Assembly: GCA_040954595.2 (NCBI GenBank)
Contig: CM082588.2
Coordinates: 9,036,844 to 9,100,843 of the forward strand
Source: Balanoglossus misakiensis
Taxonomy: Eukaryota > Animalia > Hemichordata
DNA length: 64,000 nucleotides
Direction: 5' to 3'
A program made the position numbers and the translations under genes. This document shows positions 1-11,589 of the stretch, piece after piece. How positions within the stretch are numbered: position 1 is the first letter of the stretch; each line of letters opens with the position of its first letter. The notes under the pieces were generated by a model. The model ran no database searches. It had not been told where the DNA came from and saw only the letters and a program-made list of their open reading frames with translations.

Positions 1-14
1 GTGTGAATTATTTA

Positions 15-333
15 AGCAATAAAACACCTCCAGCCATGGTATACCACTCGATTTTGACCAGTTCATGACATATACGCACGAGCGATAGCGAGTGCGTACA
101 TGTATATGGAGTTGAACTGGTCAAAATCGAGTGGTATACCATGGCTGGGGTGTTTTATTGCTATTATATTATACCAGTATATTGAAACTTTGCATAAAAC
201 ATTTTAAAAAGGCATTTTCTTTGACTATGAGTTTTGCGTGATATATGACTGTGGTATATGACTAATATATCACAGTCACGTGTCGTGTCTCGACCAATAA
301 AATAGCGTGATTTACACCATCAATATACTGGTA
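15..333. repeat. Palindromic non-autonomous element with two successive inverted repeats
   Basis: 15-162 is a near-perfect fold-back (AGCAATAAAACACC..CCATGGTATACCACTCGATTTTGACCAGTTCA and its reverse complement). A second 23-bp IR (163-185) pairs with 320-333 + 1220-1228 once the MITE at 334-1217 is removed. Confidence 0.75.
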
Positions 334-1217
334 CAGTGAAACCTGGCAAAACCGACCTCACCTCGGACCACACATTCTGGTCGGTTTTCACAGTGGGTCG
401 GTTTACTCAGAGTGGGCGTGGCTTCCCCCTCCCCATGAACCCTTTGACCCCGATCTCATACACACAGTGCACAGCAGACACACGCACGATATGCACACGT
501 TGTACATTCATGTATATTTCAAATAAAAGGTAATTAAAAAACTTCTGTACAGTGTAATTTCTGAAAATTGTTAAAAATAAAAAAAGTAAATTCAAGTTCG
601 TTCGCGTGCTGAGTGGGTAAACAGGAAGACGTACACGGTATTGTTACGATCGCATCGGCAGAATGTTGGGCAATTGATTTCCTGGAAACTACTGATAAGT
701 TGTCGTAAACAACATCCAGTCTATTTTTTCTTCATAAAACTGTCGAGAGATGATTGTTTTAGGGAACATCGCTTCTCGGTGCAGTACTGTTTGATAAATC
801 GCCGCCCTTATCAACACTGCGTGGCCGCACTGTTGGTTGTACACTGTATTGTTTACAAAAAGAGATTCACACCTCGCCACCGGGAAGACTTATCAGTAAA
901 TTGCTAACGAAGTGTTGACAAACCGTCGCTTTGACTATTGTTTGGAAGACAGGAAAACCAAAATTAGCACATCGTTGCGGTAATTTTTGATCAAAGACAT
1001 GATTTCAACCTTTACAATAAAGTGATCGGTCGGTCTATTCAGGTTGAATTTGAGGGGTGGGACCGACCAACGCGGTCGGTGTTCGAAGTAGACAGTGGTC
1101 GGTATTCAGAGTGACTTTTACCATTGGCGTCAATGGGAAATTTTCGGGACTAAACAGATCGGTCGATTTTCACAGGAAGTCGGTTTACCCAGGGGTCGGT
1201 TTTGCCAGGTTTTACTG
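334..1217. mobile_element. Tc1/mariner (pogo/Tigger-like) MITE
   Basis: TIRs CAGTGAAACCTGGCAAAACCGACC / GGTCGGTTTTGCCAGGTTTTACTG, TA target duplication on both sides, GGTCGGT subterminal repeats, no transposase ORF. Confidence 0.85.
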
Positions 1218-1252
1218 TATAATATAATTGATTTTTTTGTCATTCCTACAAG

Positions 1253-1330
1253 AGAGAGAGGGACATGGAGAGAGAGGTAGGGAGGGAAGGAGGGAGAGAG
1301 AGAGAGAGACAGACAGACAGAAAGAGACAG
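1253..1330. repeat. GA/GACA-rich microsatellite
   Basis: Purine-rich (GA)n/(GACA)n tract. Confidence 0.8.
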
Positions 1331-1552
1331 AGTGGGCTTGCAATTTATCATACTGTTAAATGTGTATGTATAGAAAATATAGCGGTGTAATAAATTATTC
1401 TTTAAAGCCTAAAGAATGTTTGAAAATGTCCTACATTGGATGTGAACAGAATTTAGATGAAGAACAGTGTAACTTCAAGTTGGTAAGAACTTTAAATTCT
1501 CTCACATGATAATCTTACTTAACTAATCCCTTTGTTTCTACTATTGTTTTAG

Positions 1553-1626
1553 CTGTCAAGCGGTTGATGAGAGAAGCGCAAGAGTTACATGAACCAACAG
1601 AAAATTATTATGCACAACCTCTTGAT
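1553..1626 (+). CDS. UBE2J1: Ubiquitin-conjugating enzyme E2 J1, internal exon (first exon is upstream of the window)
   Basis: ttttag|...|gtaagt, 74 bp, encodes (A)VKRLMREAQELHEPTENYYAQPLD, the UBC helix 1 of the Ubc6/UBE2J family. Confidence 0.92.
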
Positions 1627-2802
1627 GTAAGTATGACTGTCTATAATTCTGTACCACATTTCCTTTTGTTTTTTACATAACATTAGAACAGTTTGTTTAC
1701 AGATTAATAGAATCTCACACACACCAAGGACCTGGGATCGTATTTCTCATACGAGCTTGGGATATTGGGATAAAAAACAAACAAACTTGTGGTGTGTCAT
1801 ACATGTATTTCTCACACGGACAGCCAAATTCGTGTTAAAAACATTGAATAAATGACTCTGGAACTGTTGTATGGCATGTTGTAGTCTCTGTCCCTGTAAT
1901 ACACATCGTGCCGATGGATAACATGTAGCGCACGTTAAGTAAAGAATGCTTTGTCATTCAATTAGCGCTCATGTCATATACAGCTTTCGTTTCTTTTAGA
2001 GTGTGGGATCGATTTGTTCTCGCACTCTGATCCCATACTCTCAACATGCCAGGAGTGTGAGAAAGTCTCTTTCCCTTCCCTATTTCAATTGCCCTACAGC
2101 TCTGTTCTAGGAAGGCATCAGCAGAGAGAATTGTCACCCTTTGCCCACAGTCGTTTGGGAATCAAATGGAATACTCTGCGACATCATGCCTATCAGTATG
2201 CCCTCTAAGAAACATAATTTTTTAAAGCTCTAAGTCAATTGGAGGATTTCTAGAAATTTCTCTGAGTCAGCCCTTTACCTTTGCATGTAGTGTGGATAAT
2301 TTTCTTGAGTCACCAGTGAGTTTATTACTGGTCATGTAAACCAATGCACATATTGGGAAATGTGCCTGTATGATTTGAAGATGCAGAGCACTGATTTTGA
2401 ACCCCTCACATACTTGGTACATGTACCTCCAAGTCTGTGACACCTTGAGAATACTGGTAATTTGTTTGCAAGATTAACTACAAGTAAAGGGACGAACAGG
2501 GACAAATGCCAAATAACACTAAAAAACCTGGGTGTTTAGCTAGAAGAATAATTCACAGATGAAAAAATTACGTCAGCCCCGAGTCAGTCCCTGACTTCAA
2601 ATCATGTAGCACGAGCAGATTTAAGAAAAGTACAATAATCCTTGAAGAGTTTATTACACTCTCAGCCAGTTTCTGGTAAAAATGTGTGTAAAATGTATGT
2701 GTATGACTTCCCTATTCTTATCTGCTTCATCGTGTAGGACATGTTGTACATGTAGACATTGCATTGTCACATCATTAACAATTATGTATTTTCTGTCACC
2801 AG

Positions 2803-2934
2803 GACAATCTCTTTGAGTGGCATTTCACAGTACGCGGTCCACCAGACTCCGAATTTGAAGATGGACTGTATCATGGAAGAATCACATTTCCCCCAGAGTA
2901 CCCTATGAAACCACCAAGCATCATACTACTCACA
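2803..2934 (+). CDS. UBE2J1: UBE2J1 exon
   Basis: ccag|...|gtaagt, 132 bp, DNLFEWHFTVRGPPDSEFEDGLYHGRITFPPEYPMKPPSIILLT. Confidence 0.95.
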
Positions 2935-2984
2935 GTAAGTTCTCATGCGCATCTGTCATAGCTCCTGGATAGCTCCTCTCAACA

Positions 2985-3144
2985 TAGTGGCCAGTCAAGG
3001 GACTTTCCTAAACTGGCCTTTATAGAGAGGTGACCTTTATATAGAGGTTAATTAACACACATGTGAATTGAGGGACTGTAACAAAGTGGTCACTATATAG
3101 AGGTGACCGCTATATAGGGGTGGCCACTAACAGGGGTTTGACTG
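2985..3144. mobile_element. Partial Tc1/mariner-type MITE (one end)
   Basis: Repeated ATAGAG(A)GGTGACC subterminal motifs ending GGTTTGACTG|TA. The left end was not found. Confidence 0.5.
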
Positions 3145-3272
3145 TAGTCTATTTATGTATGGTACATGTATATTATTTATTGAATTCACAGTTTCTAAGC
3201 TGCCTATACTGTCAATTGCAATCTGTATGAAAGAAATACATGTATGTCTGAAATTATACATTGTAATGTGAC

Positions 3273-3440
3273 ATCCATCCACCCACCCATCTGTCCATCC
3301 ATGTTTCAGTTTATCCATGTATGTGCGTGCGTGCATGCATCCATCTGTGTGTCTGTCCATCCGTGCATCAGTGCATCCATCCATCCATCCATCCACCCAC
3401 CTGGCCAACCAACCAACCAACCAACCCATCAACCTATCCA
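3273..3440. repeat. (CCAT)n/(CCAA)n microsatellite
   Basis: Degenerate tetranucleotide repeats; they explain the spurious ORFs at 3127-3567. Confidence 0.85.
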
Positions 3441-3587
3441 TGACATTCCCAGTGTGTTGTACCTGTCTATTTATTCATTGCCCGAATGCCATTTCATCTC
3501 AGCAAAAAATCTCAATATGATTGCCATGAGACTATTTTATGGTCTACATATGAAACTAAACTGGTGATTAATATCTTTTTTATTCAG

Positions 3588-3672
3588 CCCAATGGAAGAT
3601 TTGAAATTGGGAAAAAGATTTGTTTGTCAATCTCTGGCTATCATCCGGAAACTTGGCAACCGTCCTGGAGCA
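3588..3672 (+). CDS. UBE2J1: UBE2J1 exon with catalytic cysteine
   Basis: ttcag|...|gtaagt, 85 bp, PNGRFEIGKKICLSISGYHPETWQPSWS. The (T)PNGRF and CLSIS.YHPE.W.PSW motifs are Ubc6/UBE2J signatures. Confidence 0.95.
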
Positions 3673-3697
3673 GTAAGTTCTCAGATTTCTTAGCTAA

Positions 3698-4046
3698 AGG
3701 GACAAAGTCTCTCTCTCACTGCCTTTTTTTCATTTATTATGTTTGATACAAGATACCGTTTATGTTAATGTACATGTGTATATGTAGTGAATGAACGTTC
3801 AACCACACACAACTTCCATCCTCTTTGTATTTTATGACGGTAAAAATGTGCTCAAAATGAATAAATGGTAGAGACCGATTAATCATTTTAGCATGTTTTT
3901 TTCAGTCTCGTGTCTACAAGTGGGATGGAAGTTGTGTATGGTCGAACGTTGATTCACTATATATCCACATGTAGAATAACATAAACGGTGTCTTGTGTCA
4001 AACATAATTAATGGAAAGGGGGCAGCGAGAGAGAGACTTTGTCCCT
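3698..4046. mobile_element. Fold-back MITE with long TIRs, Kolobok-like
   Basis: AGGGACAAAGTCTCTCTCTC ... GAGAGAGAGACTTTGTCCCT, ~125-bp imperfect arms, flanks CTAA/TTAA. Related half copies lie at ~11300-11375 and ~11745-11890. Confidence 0.75.
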
Positions 4047-4714
4047 TTAATTGCAGTTGCTGCTAGAAAACCACGGGCAGATTTCGGTACATGCCTGTAA
4101 TATGGTCTTACCAGTTGTTGTTGTAATGCACGTCATCCGCAGACTGTGTTCTCATTCATAAATTGATAGTCACATTCTTTTTGTGCCGTTGCCCGCTGGG
4201 CATCAGTTACAAAAAATGATGGCCGCTCACTTCATGTTCTTATGCATGGCTGCGGATTAGGTGTGTTACAAAACACATATTGACTGGCTTTTTAGGCAAC
4301 AGCATTTGTCTTTCACCCCTTGGGACTGTGAGTCGCCCAAAAACAGACTTTGGCCTCGGGGAAACAGTCTGTTTTTTGGCGTTGACTCACAATCCCTACA
4401 TGTAGGGTTACAGGTGTATGCTGTTGTCCTCATGAGCAGTCAATATGTGTATACTGTCCCTGAAAAATAACCTCTGTTACAGGACCAATGAAATTGGTCA
4501 GATATCAGGGGTGTGAGGACAGGTCTGAATCTGGCCTGGTCAAGAATGTATACAGTATTACTGTATCAGGTGCTGCGACCACATGACCGGATCACATGAC
4601 ACTGTTTCATGACTGAAGCACTAGTCTGTCAGTATTGAATTTACATGGCCTATATAGGTATTGAAAAGTTGGAAGATTTTGGAGGGGGGGGGGGTAGTAT
4701 ATTATCAGAAAAAT

Positions 4715-5834
4715 TTGGCAAATTTGGTGGACTGTTGTTAGGTGGGAGACGTCGCTACCCCACGGGAACTCATGTTGCGCTTGGAGTTGCCTGTAGTTTC
4801 TATCATAATTAAGAACGCTAGTCCAAGTAAAACGCTCCGCTAGTTGGGAGATTTTCTCCATGTATGCGAAATAATGTAACTGGGTAGTGGGGTTCAAAGA
4901 CCCTGTACGTAACAATTCACACAAAATACGAATGCTAGCCCCCATCCACTGGGTTGGGGATACGTTTTCTAACTTTTTACTCTCGGATTCGATGATGAGT
5001 TTCGTTCCATCAGAACCCATCCCCAGTACCTTTCACACTGAAAGTTGTGGTTCTGAAGTCGACAATGTCAAGATACTTCTCACCTTTCTTCGGATGAATG
5101 TAAATTAACGGGTTGAGGTCTGCTCGTGCTGGGTAGGTTGTATTGCTACCCGAAAGGATGTGTGAGTTCTGAGAGTTCACATTGTTCGTTGATGACAGGA
5201 GTGAATCTAGAGGCATGTTTACCGTACTCTGTGTCTGTTGTGGATCTATCGATGACAGCAGTCGGCGCAGGTCACTGGGGTCGAGTTGCTGTTGTGTAGG
5301 CTGGCCGGTGTTGGTGGCATGGGCGAACAGGCTGTTGTAGCTGGGGGTCGCCATGTTGTCTTGGAGTGGAGTAGCTTCTGGTCCGTTGGGGGCGCTCGCT
5401 TCCTGGCCGGAAAGGAGATGTCTTGCTGGTGTTGTCTGCTGCGCTGGTGTGTTGATCAGCGTATGTCGCTTGCGGGTCTGTTGACGCAACGGATTATCGG
5501 TAGAAAAATGCGACCGGACGGCCCCCCTCCAGTAACCGACGTTGTGCGCGAGGGGAGATGCCCATTTCTTCGATATCTTGCTCTTTGATCAGGCGAATAG
5601 ATATCATCGAGGTAAACCCCGCTCGGACGAGGGAAGCGACAGTCTCTGAGGTCAGCTCGTATTTCGTTGCCCATTGGTGGACGTCCAGTGGAACGTCGGG
5701 CTGGGTTTTTCGGCGATCAGGGTTGATCCTCGTGGTGTAGTAAGGAATAGGTCCAGTGATCCTGGTAGCTGTGAAGCTGTTAGCAATTCGTTGGCCATAT
5801 CGTTGCTGTTGCAAGCTGTCGATGTGGTAGTAGC
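4715..5834 (-). mobile_element. Ngaro/DIRS-like (tyrosine-recombinase retrotransposon) gag remnant, 3' part, frameshifted
   Basis: Stitched ORFs give ...LNPLIYI...YLDIVDF...LENVSPTQWMGASIRIL...YFAYMEKISQLAERFTWTSVLNYDRNYRQLQAQHEFPWGSDVSHL, resembling the Gag core of YR retroelements. No RT or YR domain follows. Confidence 0.6.
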
Positions 5835-8800
5835 CAGTGTTCTCCACAGGTTGAAAAATTAATGCAGCATCTAATTTGCATATATTTAGCATAATAATAT
5901 ACAATTTACATATAATTTACATATATTTTGCATTTGTTGAATGTGTAAAGTGACAGAAACTCTACACACTTGACAAAACACTCAATTAAATACAACTTAC
6001 TTAAATAACCAATTAAAATTTATTTTCCCCCACATAAATTAAATACAGTTTTTGAAAGGAAATTAACAAATTAATACCATAAAACATCAATGAAATAAAA
6101 AAAGTAAATCAATTCCAAATCATTATTTCAATAAAAACAGTGCACAGTCCACAGAATCCTTTCATTTTCATCAGTCATGGTCAATGGTAAGCCGTCTGTT
6201 CCTCATCGTTGTCCAAAGCCGGGCAGCCTCTGTGAAGTTGAAAACTTCAGGGCTTGGGCCTTCAATTGACACCATCAGGAGACCTTGGCAGAATACCTGT
6301 TCCTCAGCCTTGTTTTTGACTCTTGATAGTGCACTAAAGCCGCGTTCACAGTCTGAATGGGGGAGCAAAAGTAATACTTAAGTTATAAATATGTATAAAT
6401 ATTCAAGGTTGTATAGCAACCAATCATTCATCACAAAGTTGGCTTAGCAGCCCTAAAAACAGGACAGGAATTAAAAGCCTACCTGCTGTAGAAACTGGTA
6501 TTGTCAAAGCAATCTGTGCTAGTTTTGCTAAGTTCGGAAAGGTTGCTGCCAAATCAGTGATGACTAATTTCATGGTGTCAGCGAATGTGAGGGAATCCCT
6601 TCTTTGGTGAATTGTCGGTAGCAGGCACTTCCACTCTTCATTGGTTTGATCTGCATCAATGATTTCTGCATAGTGTTGAGTCAGAATCTGAAAAAAGACA
6701 ACATATATTTTAGTAAATGAATTTTGAAAAGCAAACAAAGAGATTTCTATGATTCAAACAACTGTAGGAACAAGAAGCCGAAAACTCATTAAGGATTCCA
6801 AGTTTAACTTATAAAATTTATGTCGTCAGTGAGTACTTACTTGTAATTGGGCCTGACCATGACTATCCAATAAGTCACATAACTCTAGATCTGGAACTTC
6901 TTCACATCAGGGAATCTTGCTTTGATATTGTTGCATACACTGGCGATGAATCTGTCATGCACCTGATGACAGAAAACAGAACATTTCGAATATTAAGTGT
7001 GAGCAGATAAAAACTAAAGTACTGCTGGAATATAATTAGTTTATTTGTATTACACTGCTTCATGCAGTTTAGCAATTTTCACAGCAATCGGCTGTTTTCA
7101 ATTTAGCTAAAAAGACATACATGTACACTACAGAATGCTAAGTTTTCTTACGTTTCTCTTGAATGTGTCAAGGTCTTCTCTGCCTCTGAAGTTGATATGA
7201 AAACCATTGTCGTTCAGCATCTCAATGTAAGCCTGTGTTGCCCTGGTGTCATCAGTCTTGCATCCAGAACAGCTAATGTAGTCTGCAAGTGGGTTTCAAC
7301 GTGTTGGAAATCCAGGGATGATTTCTGGAAAAAAAAAATCATTGTTTATTAAAGGCAAAATTATTTCGACAGGTAACACTTCTCCTTGTGTCATCTAATC
7401 ATGCAGGAAGGTGCCTGTTTATTCCTTAAACATTACCAAGTCATGCCTGCTAAAATAATTTTCTTATCAAAATTCCCTGTTCTTTCGCATTCACAGGCAA
7501 GAAAGAGTGAAAATAAAACCACTGTTGTCCCCATTTTTTGTTTTCAGTGATGTAATCTCAAGAGAAAATGAAGATTGAATTTAAGATAAATTACCTGGAA
7601 AGATCTCGATAAAGTTGCTAGATGCGGTAGTGTGTCATACATGGTGTGTAAAGTAGCCACAAAATGCCAATCCTCCACAAACTTGGCCAGACCATGTGCC
7701 TGTGGGTCATTACGTTCAGCTGCTTCTCGTGGAGGCTCATGATCACACTTGGCAGAATCTGTTTCAGGGTACGACATGCACTATCGTGTGACAACCAGCG
7801 TACCGCCTTTGCCTGTTTGGGTTTCAGTTGTGGATTCTCCATGGTCTCCTGAAAGTGAAATAAAAGAAACAAAATTAACATTAAGGATATGACGTAAAAC
7901 TGTTATTTTGTATAGTTTATGACAACTTTGTATATTTGCATATTGCTTACACTTACCAAGTAAGGTGTGGTGTTTTTCGGGGTTGTTAAAGGTTCCCAAT
8001 ATGAATGTGATCGGCTTATAAAGTGTAAATACAAATAACGGCAAACTAATAATTTTACCTGTATTGCCTTCAGTCCACTGGTTCTAACTGGCGAGTTCTC
8101 ATAGTATCTGAAGATGTGGTCCAAGGTGTCGTTAAATCTCTGTACGGAACATCCTTTGCTGCCTGCGCAACGGCCAAAGCAAGACGATGGGCTATGCAGT
8201 GATGTGACAGCAAAAAACCTGAAACTTATAAAACAGAGGACAAAATGACATAGTAACAAGAAATATAGCAACATAATCAATAAATTTTACAATGCCCTTA
8301 GACAAGTTATCTGTCACTTGCCCTAACCTGATTTCAAAATAGCCAGATTTACAACTTAGTATCAAGCATACAGCAAGGAGGACACCTTAAATTTACACAT
8401 TACGCACTAGTATCATTCTTTTCCTCTTTCAACCGTGTAGCAACGCCACCCTTCTTTCCAACCATTACAGGGGCACCATCACTTCCCAGTCCTGCCAACC
8501 TTTCTGCCAATGTGATATTATTGTCCTCTGCAAATGTCTTCAAGGAGTTAGAAATCGTCTCTGCTTTACCATCAGGAATCTAAAGACACAAAAGATACAA
8601 AATTTACACATAATCAAAAAATTATATAAATATTTCAGTAGAATATTCCCACATAATGAATCATAAAAATAAATAAGTAGAATATTAATCACATATTTTA
8701 CTCGACACAAGTTGGCAAATGTACTTACTTCTTCCATGCCAAGAAATGTTGTCTTCGATTCGCCAGATTCCAGCAAATATTTGGTGTAGATAACCAGCTG

Positions 8801-10761
8801 CTTGTTTACGGAGACATCTGTTGTTTCGTCAATCAACAATGACAAGTATCTGCTCCTTTCCACCTTGTCCAGAATCTCTTGTCGAATCACCTGACCTGAG
8901 TGTAGAGAGGACAACAAAGAATTAGGATTGATTCCAATATCCATTCTTTTCATTTTGTGGTAACTGTTTTTGTTAAAAAAAGTACTGGTGATAAAAAAAA
9001 TAAGAGTGTACTTACCTATACAACAAACCATTTCCTACATGGTTCTCTCTGATGTGTACTTGTGGTTATGCTCTTCACTCTGGAGAACACTCAGGTAAGA
9101 GCATCCCGACGTCTTCGCCAGATCCAAAACATGAGTAAAGTTCGTTGTATGTGGGAGCTCTCTGTGCATCAAGAATTACATACACCTCAGCGCACCAAGG
9201 AAAGCCTGGGTTTCAATCGTCACAACCCTCTCGAGTGCTGCACCAATACCACCATCTTTCGCTGAAGCGGTAGCGTCGGCATGTATCTGCATTGCCACAC
9301 GATGACACTGGGTATCGGCATGCCTCTTTATTGTATCTTCGCGGTATGACGTACACGGGACAGTCACCCAAGTACTGCTACGCTGCTTTGGTCGATCGTT
9401 GTACTTGGTACACAAGCTGCAAAACATGCCTGCAAAAGAGGGGGAAAAATTAGACACATCTCCTCACCAAAATGAGATCAATTTTTGCGCGAACATCGAA
9501 ATCATCATTTACGGTCGGGTGGATGACCGGGAACGTTGTCACTTGTATGCCCTCGGGCAGGGTGGCCCTGCGTACAGGTACGACTTCGTAATTAGAAATA
9601 TGACTGGGCCCATGGGAAGTTTTCAAATTCAAAGACAGCTAGTGCCCACGTTACCAAAACACGACAAGGGCGTAAAAGGGTGTTTGATTGGCAGCAAAAA
9701 CGAAATATAATTCACTGGTTCGACTCTCTCTCTCTCGAAACATAGAACGAAATCATGACCCGTCACAACAGAAACAGCGGTGAGCCTGAAACATGTGAAA
9801 AGGGGAATGTGATTTGCTATTTAGGTGTCACATGATGAATATGAGCCAATGATGACAGTTTTTGTTAAACTGATCAGTGACTTTCTACTTCAACGCAATG
9901 TACGTGTTTGTCAACATCATTTTACCCCGGGCATTTTCCGTGCTCTTTCTTGGTTCAATGTGGCGGGCCCTGTTAAATACATAATAGAACGTACCTGAAT
10001 TTTCCTTGTTCTCCAACCATTGATATTTCTTGGCCCATGGTTCATACCACGTACTGCGATGTTTGGATTTCTTCTTGGGTGTCTCTAGCGCTGGGGTGTC
10101 TGCTGCTGAAGGCGTACTGTTGAGCTTGCGCTTTGCCGGTGGCGTAGGCTGACCCGTTGTATATCTAAGGATGCTATTCATGATGATTGTTCGGAAGCGA
10201 CGTGACGGTCTTAACTTTTCGAAATCTTTCGTCTGAGTGGTAGAATCGACTCGACGAAGAGCCATATTTATCCATTTTAGCCGTGCATTGTCTTGAATAA
10301 AAACATCTCATTGGATTTCGGCAAAGTTCACAAAAAAAACTTGTCCATTGTAAATTTCACACCCATGTAAATATTATTCACGTCGGGATAACTGTCGGCA
10401 TGTTCTTGTCCACACCAATTAACGCAATGCCTTGGTGTCCGTGACAAGGTCGGCAGGATTCCGGACTAAAGGCGTGTATGATAACTAGTACTCCAGTATG
10501 TGTTAAACGGTTTTCATGAGCGGCAAATTGTGGCGAGTTTCACACATCCTGCGAGACAAAGGTCTGGTTGTGTCAATCACACAACGCTTATTTACAAGAT
10601 CGACTCTACGAATGGAGAAACATTGTTCACGCGGCAAAATCAAAGTCACCTTGCCAGGGTGGGGGCAGAAACTTTTAATGTAGCGCGACCCAATTAAATG
10701 TGGCGCACGTGAATTTTATTGTGGCGCACCACCACATTAAATGGGCCTGTGGAGAACACTG
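5835..10761 (-). mobile_element. Full-length hAT DNA transposon (4.9 kb)
   Basis: Perfect 16-bp TIRs CAGTGTTCTCCACAGG (5835-5850) / CCTGTGGAGAACACTG (10746-10761), TGTGGCGCAC subterminal repeats near 10680-10730, internal transposase. Confidence 0.9.
6171..10181 (-). pseudogene. hAT transposase (ZNF862-like: TTF zinc finger, DUF4371-type core, hATC dimerisation domain), 10 exons, inactivated
   Basis: Exons approx. 10181-9995, 9429-9016, 8895-8729, 8579-8424, ~8225-8059, 7848-7595, 7324-7152, 6962-6841, 6687-6483, 6352-6171. Motifs PWAKKYQWL..MFCSLC, LLIDETTD, GSDGAPVM, HCIAHRLAL, VRWLS, PVSTADCERGFS. Two in-frame stops in exon 2, several frameshifts and one GT>GA donor. Confidence 0.88.
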
Positions 10762-11190
10762 GTCTTTGAGGTCAGCTCGTATTTCGTTGCCCATTGTCGG
10801 ACGTCCAGTGGAACGTCCGGCTGGTTTTCGGCGATCAGGGTTGATCCTCGTGGTGTAGTAAGGAATAGGTCCAGTGATCCTGGTAGCTGTGAAGCGGGTA
10901 GCGATTCGTTGGCCATATCGTTGCTGTTGCAAGCTGGTGATGCGGTTGTAGCACAGAGGTGGTCGGCCGACGAATTCAATCGGTAGACAAAGGTTTGGAT
11001 CGCTTAAAGGCGATTAGGAGGAAAAGCTGCTCGCACTAGTAGCGGCAGGAAGCGACTAACTTAGAATTGAAACTTCCCCCCACACCACAACTCTGTGTAC
11101 ATAAGCAATAAACATTGGGTAATCCCTCTATGGATGAACCTGATTGGTCAGAGATAGAGGGATTACCCAAGCGGCTGTGCTCCCCAATAA
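10762..11190 (-). mobile_element. Ngaro/DIRS-like element, 5' part (gag start and upstream region)
   Basis: ORF from ATG 10979 (MNSSADHL...DVRQWATKYELTS) joins the frame resumed at ~5642. An upstream 17-bp IR (11115-11170) encloses a CCAAT box. Confidence 0.55.
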
Positions 11191-11483
11191 TTAAACTTCA
11201 TTAAAGATTTTAATGTCGTCTTCTAATTTGAGTGGAAAGTTCTGGTCTCCACTGTGCATTGTTATGCAAATGAGCTGGGCTGCATAGGGTTAAAGGTACA
11301 AAGTAGAATAACGCAAACAGTGTTTTGTATCAAACATAAAGAGAAAAAAGGCAGCGAGAGAGAGACTTTTTCCCTTGAAGTGGTCAAGTGTTTTACCGTA
11401 CTTATGATGCTGGGTAATTGGCAAATACTGATGCTTTTGAATACATTATTTGATATGGCCTGTCTTTTTATTTTCTCCCACAG

Positions 11484-11589
11484 TTCGTACAGTTCTGCTT
11501 GCCATTATAGGATTTATGCCAACTCACGGGCATGGTGCCATTGGTTCTTTGGACTACACTCCAGATGAGAGGAAAATTCTTGCTAAAAG
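11484..11589 (+). CDS. UBE2J1: UBE2J1 exon (GC donor required for frame)
   Basis: cacag| 106 bp, (I)RTVLLAIIGFMPTHGHGAIGSLDYTPDERKILAK(R). The phase matches the next exon only with AG|GCAGGT. Confidence 0.88.

Noticed and set aside
3127-3567. ORFs of ~100 aa on both strands
   Set aside because: Translations of a (CCAT)n/(CCAA)n microsatellite.
6171-10181. Functional domesticated ZNF862-like host gene
   Set aside because: In-frame stops, frameshifts, a broken splice donor and intact TIRs mark it as a decayed transposon.
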